From Takakia lepidozioides (taxonomy: Eukaryota; Plantae; Bryophyta), in assembly GCA_030704615.1 (NCBI GenBank), contig CM060733.1, positions 42,346,001 to 42,410,000 of the forward strand: DNA of 64,000 nucleotides, read 5' to 3'. Positions within the stretch are counted from its first letter, which is position 1, and each line of letters starts with the position of its first letter. Shown here in pieces: positions 1 through 12,399 of the stretch. The translations under genes were made by a program, and so were the position numbers. Under the pieces are notes generated by a model that worked only from the letters and a program-made list of their open reading frames with translations, was not told the DNA's origin and did not search any database.

Positions 1-3000
1 TCCATGTATCAAAAATAAGAGCATCCTATCTTGCAAATAATTGAACAATACAAAAGATACACCAACAAAGCCTATGACCAAAGAAAATGCAAAGAGAAGG
101 GGAACATGGAAGGGAAGGCCAAGTAACAGAGTAGCTCTACCTGAAAACCCGTTTCCAGAGGTTTTCAATCTCTTCGCAGATCTCTCTCCCCCTGCAAATA
201 TGTCAGATTTTGTCAAATTTCAAAAGATCTGCATTCATCCAAACTCTTACCATGGAATTACTGATGAAACTGCTGTTGTATGGCAGCATCCTGTAACCCT
301 AAACCAAATCTCTCTCCCACTGCATATATGTCAGACTCCACCCATCACAGAGTATGTCCTGGCCTTGAAAGAGGCCCTCCCACACTTTACACAGTCACTT
401 CAAGATCTCTCCTCTTGCCCATGGTGACACAAGGAGGGAGGTAGAAGGTGCTGTAGATTCTTGGGAGAGCTTCGCCACTTCTGCTGCTAATAGAGTCATG
501 GAAGGAAACTAATTATCTGTGGTAGAGCAGTAAATTGGTGGACCCATGAGGTCAAGCTCAAGATTGCTGAGAGGCAGGCGCTCTATAAGGACTGCTGTAA
601 TATCAAAGATGAAAAAATGCTCTGGTCTAGATACTACCAACTGCGTAAAGAGGTCAATCAGCTTGTAAGGGATCAGAAGAGGCTTTACTGGGAGAAGTTG
701 TACAGTGACATAAACTTAACCCACCATGGTCGTAATGACAAAAGATTATGGTTGGCCTTACAGCCAATCATCATAACACCAACAATTGCACAACCAATAC
801 ATGTACCCTACCTGGATCTTGGCAAGAACCACAACAGTGATAGACAATGTATATAGACTGGGAAAACGTAACACACCGAAGAGAAGAACGCAGAACACTT
901 TAAACCTGCCCTCATCTGCCGCAATCTGACCCACCTTAAGAAAATAATAGTCCTTTAGGTCTGGAAACCTTCAAGTGCAAACCCTGTTACCTGCTGGGGG
1001 TGCTACAAAAGAATAAACCACAAGTATCAACCAACAAAACGACTTGGAATAAAAATAGAAGAGGGTGTAAGGACAGCAATCACTGTACTATTGATAACAT
1101 ACCAGCAGCTTCAGAGGGTTCAAAGCAAAAAACATAACGAAAAAAAAACAAACCATAAACGCTACCAAGAAGCTGCTTGTAATGCTAAAAATATGCAAAT
1201 ATCTCAAGATACTAGATTCAGTTTGAAATACCCTGTCCTAACAAACAACCGTGTCTTTCAAAGGACCCCCCTCATATTTTACTTGTTAACATGGATCTAT
1301 CGAATGAATAAACTGCATGTATCAACCGTACACAGGATCACACACGGGATTGGGAGAAGCTGTTGAAACCCTGAGTGCACAACGCAGCCAAGAAACCAAA
1401 AAAATTGCAAACACTTGACTCCAAGCTACGCATTGAACGAATCATTGAACAAATCAGCAACTGCAGCAGGTTCAACAATCAACTGCCCAATTGTCTTGCG
1501 AGAATTCAAATGTGCCTGCCCATCATCAGAATTGCAGACATAAAAACAAACGGGCTCAGACTGCCCTAGGCAACCCATCGACATTCACCAGACTCTCTCC
1601 ATGACGCACTATCTGACACCCTAGCTAATGGGTGAACTCTGTCACAGAAGGTTCTGCAGCCAAGGTGGTTTTGGTTAACTCACATAAGTCACCAACAACC
1701 ACATTCTGTCATCGACCAATTAACAGCTCAAAACATGCGCACAAATTCGGCTAGAGCTTTCTATCTTCTGAAGATGGTACTCAAGAAATCGTAAAGGTTT
1801 GAACAACACTACTGATTCGCAGGTCACATGCATCAAAGTACTGAAGAGAGAACAGAAACTCATTCTTCACACATTGGTAGCAAACCCTACAAACTTACAC
1901 TCACCAGACTCCCTCCTTGACGCACTATCTGACACCCTGAACCATCAACCATGGTTTCCATAACCAACAATCCCACAAAGAAAGTAGCCTGCGAAGACAG
2001 ACACAACACCGTTCAACCAAGAAGCAAGAGACGTAACAAAAATCAGATGAAGATTTGAAACCCTAACCCTGTACATACTCTTGGGATGCCATTGAGCCCG
2101 TCCAAAACTGTTGCGGTTATGGTTATGGATGCAAAAAATCCAAGAGAGCTCCAGAGACACAAAGGAAGACTCCCTCTCCCTCACAATAAAAATAGAAGTG
2201 GATGCGAGGACGGCAATCACTCACAAGTGAACTACCAAAATGACGGTTTAGAGTTAGGGTTTCAGGCCACACAACACTTTAAACCTGCCATCATCTGCCG
2301 CAATCTGACCGACCACTGCGCTTCAAGAGATTCAGAAGGGCTTGCCCTCTGACCTTGCCCGAAAAGTGCCCACAAAGGTTCACGGCCAGACATTTCCAAG
2401 AAGCAGTGCAATGCAGCAAGCTCAACAAAATGGCAACTCAAAACCATAGAACATGATCCGGCAACTTTTTCTTCAGCCATTCTCTGAGGGTAGGAGGCGC
2501 TGCCCGCAGCAATCTATCAACCAACAAAATGACTAGGAATATAAATTGGACGCTGCCATACGCTGGCTCTTATCAGACTGCTCGACAGCTCTATGAGCAG
2601 CCTGATTAGCATCGTTCTAGAAAATACATTCTAGAGAATTACCCTGGGTGATGCCTACCTGCAGGATATTGCAGGGAAAGGAAACAAAGAGAACTCATTC
2701 ATTCATCAGGAGTAACTACAGATAACCAGATAAGGAAAAACTTAAGTAATCTGCTGTAGACCCATATAAATAACAAACAACCGTGTCTTTCAAAGGACCC
2801 TCCTCATATATTACTTGTTAACATGGATCTATCGAATGAATAAACTGCGTGTATCAACCGTACACAGGATCACACACGGGATTGGGAGAAGCTGTTGAAA
2901 CCCTGAGTGCACAACGCAGCCAAGAAACCAAAAAAATTGCAAACACTTGACTCCAAGCTATGCATTGAACAAATCAGCAACTGCAGCGGTTTCAACAATC

Positions 3001-3913
3001 AACTGCCCAATTGTCTTGCAAGAATTCAAATGTGCCTGCCCATCACCAGAATTGCAGACATAAAAACAAACGGGCTCAGTCTGCCCTAGGCAACCCATCG
3101 ACATTCACCAGACTCTCTCCATGACACACTATCTGACACCCTAGCTAATGGGTGAACACTGTCACAGAAGGTTCTGCACCTGACGAAGGAATGCGTTAGA
3201 AGACAAGCTGCTCATTGGCATTTGAGATCATAATCAACCAAGGATTCTGAAGTCATACCTAATTTTGTCATTTCCTCTTCAAAAGGAGCAAATGATCCGG
3301 TGACGACAAACTCTAAACCCTAACCCTGACCAGGTTAGGACATCTTTTCTTCTCACAAGATCTGAGACTAAAACCCTGTTTGCAGTGATGTTGTGTGCTG
3401 AGTTTTATGAGCTGGTTAAAAAATTAAAGAAGGACATTATGCGATTGAAATGACTCTATATCTACCTCACACCAATATGCTACTTGTTGATCAATCTCTG
3501 ATTGTTCCAAAAGAATTGGAGGCCCAAATTAAGACCATGTGATTCACTCTGCTTGAAATATCCAGTCTAATCCTGCTCTAGTGGCACATTTCAGAGCGAG
3601 TTTCCTCCTACAATCCCATCAATGTTCTCCTTTTTCTTGGAGGCCTCCTCTTTCTTAGTTATCTCTGCCCATCTCTTGTCGCTTCCTTCTCACAAGGGGG
3701 TTGCTAATAGAAGTGATAGTGATCGTTTGTGGACTTTTGAATTTTAAGAATTGCTGATACTTGTAGCGTGAAATAAACAACCCCTAGCTATCAAAAGTAT
3801 CAAGAAAAGATCCCAGCATCAGCAGCGGTATTCGAAGAAAATTGAACGAAATAACAGTCTTCATGCTAAGAAAACCCTAAAACGTCATAACCTCTGAATT
3901 AGACCAAACGTAC
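1..3913 (+). repeat. Left arm of large inverted repeat (partner 17182-21097); runs off the window edge
   Basis: ORFs 41..427, 617..856, 1091..1366 and 1375..1569 (+) are identical to 20671..21057, 20242..20481, 19732..20007 and 19529..19723 (-). Coordinate sums are ~21098. Homology ends at 3913/17182. Confidence 0.97.
350..762 (+). mobile_element. LINE ORF2 fragment embedded in the shared intron module (copies at 20336-20748 rc, 30500-30905, 38220-38606, partial 37716-37806)
   Basis: EYVLALKEALPHFTQSLQDL...LWSRYYQLRKEVNQLVRDQKRLYWEKLYSDIN matches ORF2 of the LINE at ~52315-52730 (EYVQALQEALPHFVQSLQEL...LWARYYQLRKDINQLVRSQKKLYWDKLYSEIN). Confidence 0.9.
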
Positions 3914-4155
3914 AAGGATCAATTAACACTCCAGCTTAAAACCATGTCCAACCCGTTCATCAGCTTTCTTTGATGACCGTGCAATCCCATACATCACTAA
4001 TGAAAGCCTCGAGGGAGCAAGTCCGAAAATCCATTCAAACCCTAACCACACTATACACCTACTAACACTTTACTGCAAGAAATAACACACCTGCTGTATG
4101 TGCAGCTGGCTTTGCGGACCCACCAGCAAGCACTCTGGATGAGACGAAAACATAC

Positions 4156-4423
4156 CTGTGGTAGCTTCAGATTCGGGAGGGCCATCGAGCAGCACGGGCT
4201 CTTTTTCGGTTCCCGCCACGCCCAAGTCTTGCTTGATTTGTGACCACGAATGCTTTGATTCACCTGTCGAGTCGAAAGGCCAGATTACACCATTCAAAGT
4301 AATCTTTCGCGGGTTTAAACCAAAGTGGCTGCCAAGAACGTTGAAGTCAACTTTGCCAGCATTCAAAGTCATGGCTGGACAGGGTGCGCCTCCGGACTTT
4401 AGCTTGAACCAAACACGCTCCAT
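4156..4423 (-). CDS. Gene A first exon: ubiquitin-like (beta-grasp-type) CR header, ending ESEATTG at a phase-1 donor; rest of the gene runs off the window's left edge
   Basis: ATG at 4423, MERVWFKLKSGG...FGLNPRKITLNG...EPVLLDGPPESEATTG; exon is 268 nt (3n+1) followed by CAG|GTATG. Fold call is by eye. Confidence 0.6.
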
Positions 4424-5989
4424 AGCTGATAAAAAGTTCATCCAACCATCCAGATCATTGACAATGCGAAGCGGAGTATCCAGTACAGTAATGAGAGAAA
4501 ATTCACCTCAAATCCAGAAGCTCTGCTTTCCACAGGCTCTTCTTAAACGCAGATGGAAAGGGAGAAGGTGTGGATATTACACTTTATAATATAATTGACC
4601 ATTTTCAAACATCGAGTCTAAGAGGAACAGTATGAAAATCGACCGGTAATGAACGTCTCCCAGTTTACCTTCATCCCACGTAGAACGGAGTTTTAGACAC
4701 AGCAGCTTCAAACTGCGACAGCTTTGACAACACCAGGAGCTAATTGCCTGTCGAGAAAATTTAAATCCTCAATTCATCCTCCCTCGACCATCCTCAATCC
4801 CCTTGAATACGAAGAGCAGCGACTACGAAAAGAGTGTACACATGAAAATCATCTTGCCCGCTCTCTCCTCCAACGAACTCCAACCAAATCGTCATGACCT
4901 ATCACTACAATCAGTGCACAACTCTCAAATCAACTCAAACAGTGCGAGAAGTAGGCGAAGATGCTCACCTTCCAGAGTTCTTCGCCGCCTGAGCGGCACA
5001 CTTGGATCAAACGCCCTCCCGCACGACGCAAACCTCTACAACTGTTTTATAACCCGAATCTTGGTCGATACTCACAGCCAGGGGCTCCAAAATACAGCGA
5101 ACCCACGGAAATCCACGGAGCTTCGTCTCAGTTGCCAAGATTCTCCGCCGAAAGCACGAGGACGCTGAGAAAGTGAACAAAAAGCAACGCCGGTTGAATT
5201 CTATATCGACTTCCTCGCGCAGCTGGAACAATAACAGTCGCTTCGTTTAGGTGTGAAGAAGAAGCAGAACCCTAGACCCTCCGGTCGTCCGCTCCATCCC
5301 ACCGCCTCGAAATCTCAGCTTACTTCTGCCCGACCGACGGATGCACGCCTAACAACGCCACCTGTCGGTCATCCGATCATCATCACATGTACAACGATTA
5401 ACGGATGGATGAATCCAAAAACCAAATGTCCGCACCCACGTCGTCTTTCCACATTCATCCGCTATGATCAGTTCCTTCAGCTTTTTGTACCTTCTCGTGT
5501 ACGGAATACCAAAAGGGCCATGCTTGTACAAGACCCCGACACCTAGAAAGATTCCAATACAGGGGGGTTTTATTCCAAAAGATTCTGTGGCACGGGCAAG
5601 AGGGCATGGGCTATTGAAAAGTAAAAGGCAAGGGGTAACTAACCCCATGCTACATGCCTGGGGGTACCAGGTATATTATAGGAGCGTATAACGTAATATA
5701 CACGTCGTATATTACTACATATGCATAGTATGTTTTTGATATTTTGGTAAAACTGCCCGGACATGAAGCATGTTTAGGGATTTGCAGCACGTCTCTCTCT
5801 CTCACGTCATCTCTCTCTCAAGGCGGGAGTTTTGCTCTGGCGATCTGTTGGCAAAGGAGCTCGAGAAAGCAAAGAGTTATGGCCTTAACCAACCAACATT
5901 GGATAAGCCTCTAACATGGATGCCTCGGCGTGAGCCTGGTCGCGTGAGCGCAACTGCGCTCACGCCACGTCACCTTGTGCCAATGCCAC

Positions 5990-6600
5990 ATCACGAATGA
6001 AGTCGTCTCGGGGGGAGAGGCGGTCACCTGGCTGACATAAATCATCCCCCAGATGGAAAAACGACACCTAATTTCCATCCGAGGCCGTTCAGATGAAGTC
6101 GTATCGGGGGGAGAGGCCGACACTTGGCCGACCGAGATCATCCTCCGGACGAAAAAAACGGCGTCGAATTTCCATCCGAGGCCGGCCGGATGAAGTCGTC
6201 TCGGGGGGATAGGTCGTCAGATATCATCTGCAGGATGGAAAAACAGCGCAGAATACCCATCCGTATCGACCCTTCATGAACAATTTTCGGTCGTTGCATC
6301 AAGTTCTTTGTGTTTTTTGGTCTAATCAGACAGTAAACTTAGAGTTTTTGGCTGCATGCCACTTTTAGGCACGTTATTCCCACCATTGTCGTCCGCTAGA
6401 GACAAATTCGGTGCCGGTTTTCCATCCGGTTGCCCTCCCGCTTACTTCCTAGATGGAAATTCGTCGCCAGTTTTCCATCTAGCCGCACTCCCGCTTACCT
6501 GCTGGATGGAAATTCGGCGACGGTTTTCCATCCTGCTACGCTCCGGTTTACTTGCAGGATGGAAATTGGGCGCCGGTTTTCCATCCGGGGATGTTCACTG
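5990..6600. repeat. Short tandem/palindromic repeats (~96-bp units ATGAAGTCGTCTCGGGGGGAGAGG; GGATGGAAA...TTTCCATCC hairpins), probably a TE terminal or LTR region
   Basis: Unit starts at ~5997, 6093 and 6190; repeated GATGGAAATT...TTTTCCATC at 6400-6590. Confidence 0.6.
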
Positions 6601-6619
6601 TCGGCCAGGTGTCGGTCAG

Positions 6620-7497
6620 ATGTTGTTGAGTTGCATCTATCATGTAGTGCACAACCAGAATTCCACATATAAATAACAAACAACCGTGTCTTTCAAATGA
6701 CCCTCCTCATATTTTACTTGTTAACATGGATCTATCGAATGAATAAACTGCCTGTATCAACCGTACACAGGATCACACACGGGATTGGGATAAGCTGTTG
6801 AAACCCTGAGTGCACAACGCAGCCAAGAAACCAAAAAAATTGCAATTGTCTTGCAAGAATTCAAATGTGTCTGCCCACAATCAGAATTGCAGACATAAAA
6901 ACAACCGGGCTCAGACTGCCCTAGGCAACCCATCGACATTCACCAGACTCTCTCCATGACGCACTATCTGACACCCTAGCTAATGGGTGAACTCTGTCAC
7001 ATAACGTTCTGCAGCCAAGGCGGTTTTGGTTAACTCTCATAAGTCACCAACAACCACATTCTGTCATCGACCAATTAACGGCTCAAAACATGCGCACAAA
7101 TTTGGCTAGAGCTTTCTATCCTCTGAAGATGGTACTCAAGAAATCGTAAAGGTTTGAACAACACTACTGATTCGCAGGTCACATGCATCAAAGTACTGAA
7201 GAGAGAACAGAAACTCATTCTTCGCACATTGGTAGAAAACCCTACAAACTTACACTCACCAGACTCCCTCCTTGACGCACCATCTGACACCCTAAACCAT
7301 CAACCATGGTTTCCATAACCAACAATCCCACAAAGAAAGTAGGATGCGAAGACAAACACAACACCGTTCAACCAAGAAGCAAGAGACGTAACAAAAATCA
7401 AATGAAGATTTGAAACCCTAACCCTGTACATACTCTTGGGATGCCTTTGAGCCCGTCCAAAACTGTTACGGTTATGGTTATGGATGCAAAAAATCAT
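6620..7497. repeat. Orphan copy of the shared CR-gene intron module, truncated by gypsy gag sequence
   Basis: Colinear with 31212-31995, 36541-36810 and blocks of 1240-2140. Confidence 0.9.
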
Positions 7498-9051
7498 TGT
7501 GAGTGTCATCACGGAGTTACCCAAGGGTTTTGAGGGGAGTACGGCTACAGGCAGTGAGAGTGAGAGTGGGTTCACAAGACGAGGTATTTGGTTCAGACCA
7601 CCTTCACCTCCACCCTCAACTACTGTAGAGTCTGACACAGACCCGGAGGCTTCATCAACAAGTGTGCAGTTTTCTTCGCCATTGTTGTGGGACGACATGG
7701 AGGAGATGTATGGAGCTGCCAAGGTACTCTGGAGCTATGGGCACAATCGAGTTGGATGACTTTATCCAGGAGTTCGACAGTTGGTGTGATTTGCAGCAGA
7801 TGCGCAATCCACAGCTGTTCACCCCATTCATGGCGTGGAAGGGATTGTTCCAGCATTTGGAAGGCCCGCCTATGGACGATTACCACGAGTTCAGGCGAGG
7901 ACATAAAGCAAAAATTGAAGAGTGGAGGATGTATTGGTCACCTGACTACGTCTCCATTACTCGAGGCACAACACAACCAGTAGCGGCATCAGCACCAATA
8001 CCTCCCACGGCTAGCACTAGTAGTGGAACAAGTAGTGTTGTTATTTCTGCAGAAGGTCCCACTACTTATCCTCCCACGACTACAACACATGTGCCTATAT
8101 TCAGCCCGGTGGTGGAGTTCTTCCAGGAGTTGCGGAGGAACTACCAAGGTGTACGGACAGAGAAGCTGCGAAGTTTGCAAGACTTCCAGCGCAAACCCAG
8201 TGAGAGCCTGCGAGAGACGTACACTCGTATGAGGCGCTTGATAAGTGTGACCCAAGGGGTTACTGAAGCTCAGGCAATCCAGTTCTGGTATGGAATTCTG
8301 GACAAGGAGCTCAGGAGAAGGGTGCGAGATGCAACCCTGTTACAAGCAGCCCAACCCACATTAGCAGATGTGTTTCTGCTGGCTGAGCGGATTGAGCTCA
8401 ACATGGTGGAGGGGTGAGTTGTTACCATTGGATTTGGCAAGGACATGCCTGCACGAGGCGCAGCTGCCAGCCCACAGGCACAAGGGACTGCCCAACAGCG
8501 TGGTCAGGGGGGCAAGGTTTCCCAACCCAAGTTCCATGGAGCTTACAGGGGACCTCAGGTGCAGAGGCCCGTGGCATCTTTTGCAGGCCAACAACAACCA
8601 GGGGTGATATGTTGGACATGTGGAGGACCCCATGTCAAGAGAGATTGCCCAGAGAGTGGCAAAAGGCCGGCACAAGCACAACCTGCACAGTTGCAGTGTG
8701 GGCATTGTGGCAAGTATGGACATGGAGATGCCTAATGTTATGACTTGCATCCTGAGTTGCGCCCAAGCCAGTTCCAAGGGAACAATGGTGGTCGGAGGCA
8801 AGGTGGACCAGCCCAGAGAGGACGAGGTGGCCAGGCACGAGGTGCAGGCCAAGGGCAAGCTCAACATGGCCAAGGACACGGAGGTCAAGGTGTTGACCAA
8901 GGCATGGCCAACCTGCTTCAGCAGCTAGAGCAGAGGCTTGCTGCCATGGCTACAGCTCAGGTGGTACCGGCTCCCAGGCGGGATGGTCCACCTCCTGCTC
9001 TTGAGGGAGGAGATATGGGAGGCATGGGATTCATGTGCGGAGCAGCAGTAC
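7498..9051 (+). mobile_element. LTR retrotransposon (probably Ty3/gypsy) gag remnant with two zinc knuckles, interrupted at 9052 by a CACTA end
   Basis: Retrotrans_gag-like LQDFQRKPSESLRETYTRMRRL; CWTCGGPHVKRDC and CGHCGKYGHGDA*C knuckles; frameshifts and stops. Confidence 0.8.
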
Positions 9052-9269
9052 CACTAGTGGGGGGCTGCTATTTCATGAGCGACATGAGCATGAGCGGGAA
9101 AAAAAAAAACATGAGCGGGCCGAATTGTGTCCACGGAAATAGGGTTAGGAGGCACGGAAATAGGGTCATGTGGACTCGTCATAGCAATGAAATGCAACAT
9201 TTTATTGCAAATTTGGTGGCAAGCCAAGTCTATACAAATGTGTCATAACTGTTATAGCAGGAATGGGAA

Positions 9270-11627
9270 CTACTCTCCTACACCTTCCGAGGAACTTGGC
9301 CCTCCTTCTTCCTCATCCCCCTCATCCCCCCCATCCCCCCCATCCTCCAAGCTCTGTGATGCATCGGTTGCACTATGCCTCTCAAAAATTCCGTCATCTC
9401 CTTGGGAGACTGTCCACCTCACCTCCTGGGAATCTTCTGCCTCTTCTCCCCCACTTTCCTCAGCAGCATCCAAGACAAATCTACGAGCCCGACGGGCTCC
9501 AATAGCTGCTGCCTCCTCCTCATCTTCATTTTCTTGAGGCTTGCCTCGTCTAAAATCTATTGTACACGACTAGGTTTGGAACACCTCCTAATGGACACCG
9601 AAGCAAGCCAGGCAGCATAAGTAGGAAGGATATAGTCCCTTTCTGGACTAGGCATGAAATCCCCCCTTGCAAAAAAAAGCACGTTCCTCCTGCCCATGAA
9701 CTCCGGTGTAGACGTCCTTCTTGCAGTACTTGACATCCTACAGTAAGAACAAATCCACTTCAAGAATGTCAATACCAGCAGAAGCAGAAAGGGTTTTCAA
9801 TGAAATAAGAGAGCGAAGGGAGGTGCCTCACGAAATCTGGAGGCAACTTACAATGCGACCACTCACTCGTAAACCGGGGGCTCCTCGGCCTCGATCCCAA
9901 CTTGTTCCTCCCCCTGTTCCTTCTTGGATTTTTCCTCATCCTCCGAGGATGTATCTTCCACTTTTGGCAGACGTTCAGCCGCTGCAAGTTCCGAGTTGTG
10001 GAGGGCAGTATCTGGCTTGAAGGCGAACACATGTCTGTCGGACAACGTCCCTGCCCACATTGAAGCACCTGAGGAACAAAGCGGGCAGTTAATAGCTTGC
10101 GGCATGCAATTGCAATCGGGCTAGGGGACAAACTGAGCACGTGAAGGCTTACCCATGCCGCAGAATCCGCCCTTGGACATCCGAGCACGTCTCCATGAGG
10201 GTTTGGATGAAAGCAGGGCTCCGGGTCCGGTTGTACCGCCACGGTTTGCCTGTCTTTGTGTCCTTCGACATACTGGAGTGGGGCACATAGTTGTAGAGGA
10301 CATCATAGATAACAGGGTCCACAGCGGCATCAACAAGACGACCGTCGTTGCAGAATTTGAACGTAGACCCTCTCTTCACAAAGCAATATGCCTCAAACAC
10401 CAATGTCTGCACATCCAACAAAAGAGGGATCAACTCCGGGATCTAGTTTAGATACACCACAATATGAGGTGAATGCAATAGATTGATAACTTACACTTTG
10501 GCCCTCTGTTCGCAACCCCTGTGTATTGATGCAGAACCATTTTCTGAGGAGGACCGGGGTGACACTTTTCGGTGTCCATCTTGCCACCGCATTCTCTGTG
10601 GTCTTCCCTCTTGTGGCAAGGACAACCACACATCCACCGTCATCCAGCAACATCCCCGCCAACCCAAACCCGGCTTTCCAGTAGTCCTCAGTAAACCTGT
10701 TCCAGGTGGGCACACCATCCAGGCCCTCCAGCAGCTCCTCATCTGGAATGTCGAGGAGAAACATATCGCAAGCTCTCTCCACCTCAACCACCCCCCCCCC
10801 CCCGAGTGCTCTTGCAATCTGTGCTCACAGCCGTGAAGAATTCCATCATGGCTTCAAAACCAGGGGTGTCTTTAGGCTCTGGACCGGCAGCCCTCTTCTT
10901 GGCTTTCCCCTTCTGCTCCGCCAAAGACTTGCTGTGTGCCACCTTCTTCGCCTTGGCAGCGAGAGCGTCAAGGAAGCTCTCATTGACGCATTGGATGATG
11001 GTTGGAGGTTCTATCTTTGGCCTGTGTGTAAACGTCACCGCCGAATATCGCCGTGTAGGCTCGCCCTCAAATGCCAACTTCTTGGCAGAGCCAGTCCCAC
11101 TCCAAACTGACTTGGGAACCCGGACGACCGGTGACTTGGTAGCAGCAGCAGCAGTCGCAGGACCTTCAACAAAGTCGTCGTCCAAGTCACTCCTTGGGTC
11201 CCCTCCTGCGCCTCCTCCGATGCCCCGATGGTTTTCTGTTTTTTGGGTGTTACTGTACTCACCTGTTTCCTTGTCCTTTTCCTTTGGCCTTTATTCTTCT
11301 CATTCAATTTCTCCTGAATTCCTGCCTGAGCAAGCTCTGCCGCTTTCCTGGAGTTCGCAAGCGCTTTTGCCTCTTTTGGACCCAACGGAGGCAGCGGAGC
11401 CCGGTTTCGTCGGGCCTCAGCATCCAGCTTCAATTGAAACTCGGATAGGTCGAGCAAGCTAGGGGGAAGGTCACATACCAAGGGCAATCACGCAAATGTT
11501 CCAGATGCCACTCCTTCACAATATTGTCAGTGTACATGGAGTCAGCCCCAGGGTTCCTCCATGCCAGGAAGAATGGTGGCTCGAAAGACAGATGACCTTT
11601 CTCCAAAAGGGAGAACTTGCAGTACCT
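9270..11627 (-). pseudogene. 3' exons of the ParB-MTase gene: beta-class amino (N6-adenine/N4-cytosine) DNA methyltransferase domain plus acidic tail
   Basis: Motif IV-like MFLLDIPD (DPPY-like, 10741-10752)...PTWN; KPWRYNRTRSPAFIQTLMETCSD; motif I split by an intron, IL..CGMG|ASMWAGTLSDRHVFAFKPD (GTAAGC donor ~10152, TCAG acceptor ~10069); frameshifts. Confidence 0.75.
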
Positions 11628-11649
11628 GCATTCATGAAAAACACAATGA

Positions 11650-12392
11650 GGTCCCTGAACTGGAAATTCGGCACCATTTTCCCAGGTTGGGGCGGAACTG
11701 ACTGGGCCTAGAAATGGAAAAATGGCGCCGAATTTCGGTTTTCGATGCCAGCCACCCTAGGGACTTAGCCATTTTGGGAGCTCTGACATGGAAATTTGGC
11801 GCCATTTTCCCAGGTCCGGCCCGAAAATGGCTAAGTCCCAGAACTTCCTGGGCCTAGAACTGGAAAAATGGCGCCGAATTTCGGTTTTCTGTGCCTGCCA
11901 TCCTAGGGACTTAGCCATCTTGGGAGCCATGAACTGGAAATTCGGCGCCATTTTTCCAGGTTTGGCCCGAAAATGGCTAAGTCCCAAAACTGCCATGGCC
12001 TAGAACAGGAAAAATGGCGCCGAATTTCGGTTTTCGGTGCCAGCCACCCTAGGGACTTAGCCATTTTCGGAGCCCTGAACTGGAAATTCGGCGCCATTTT
12101 TCCAGGTTTGGCCCGAAAATGGCGTCCCAAAACTGCCAGGGCCTAGAACTGGAAAAATGGCGCCGAATTTCAGTTTTTGGTGCCAGCCACCCTAGGGACT
12201 TAGCCATTTTTGGAGCCCTGAACTGGAAATTCGGCGCCATTTTCCCAGGTCCGGCCCGAAAATGGCTAAGTCCCAAAACTGCCAGGGCCTAGAACTGGAA
12301 AAATGGCGCCGAATTTCGGTTTTTGGTGCCAGCCACCCTAGGGACTTAGCCATTTTCGGAGCCCTGAACTGGAAATTCGGCACCATTTTTCC
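11650..12392. repeat. Tandem array of ~5 x ~145-bp units, each with internal inverted repeats
   Basis: Unit starts at ~11653, 11783, 11928, 12073, 12217 and 12362; GAAATTCGGCGCCATTTT/AAAATGGCGCCGAATTTC and AAAATGGCTAAGTCCC/GGGACTTAGCCATTTT pairs. Confidence 0.95.
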
Positions 12393-12399
12393 AAAGACC

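Noticed and set aside
1091-3089. Repeated short ORFs (MHNAAKKPKK..., MAEEKVAG..., MIAVLAST...) as a small-protein family
   Set aside because: They recur only because the intron blocks are duplicated; frames are not conserved among the diverged copies and several lack ATG starts.
11650-12392. CRISPR-like array, or coding ORFs in the array
   Set aside because: Units are fully repeated with no unique spacers, the context is eukaryotic, and the ORFs are repeat read-through.
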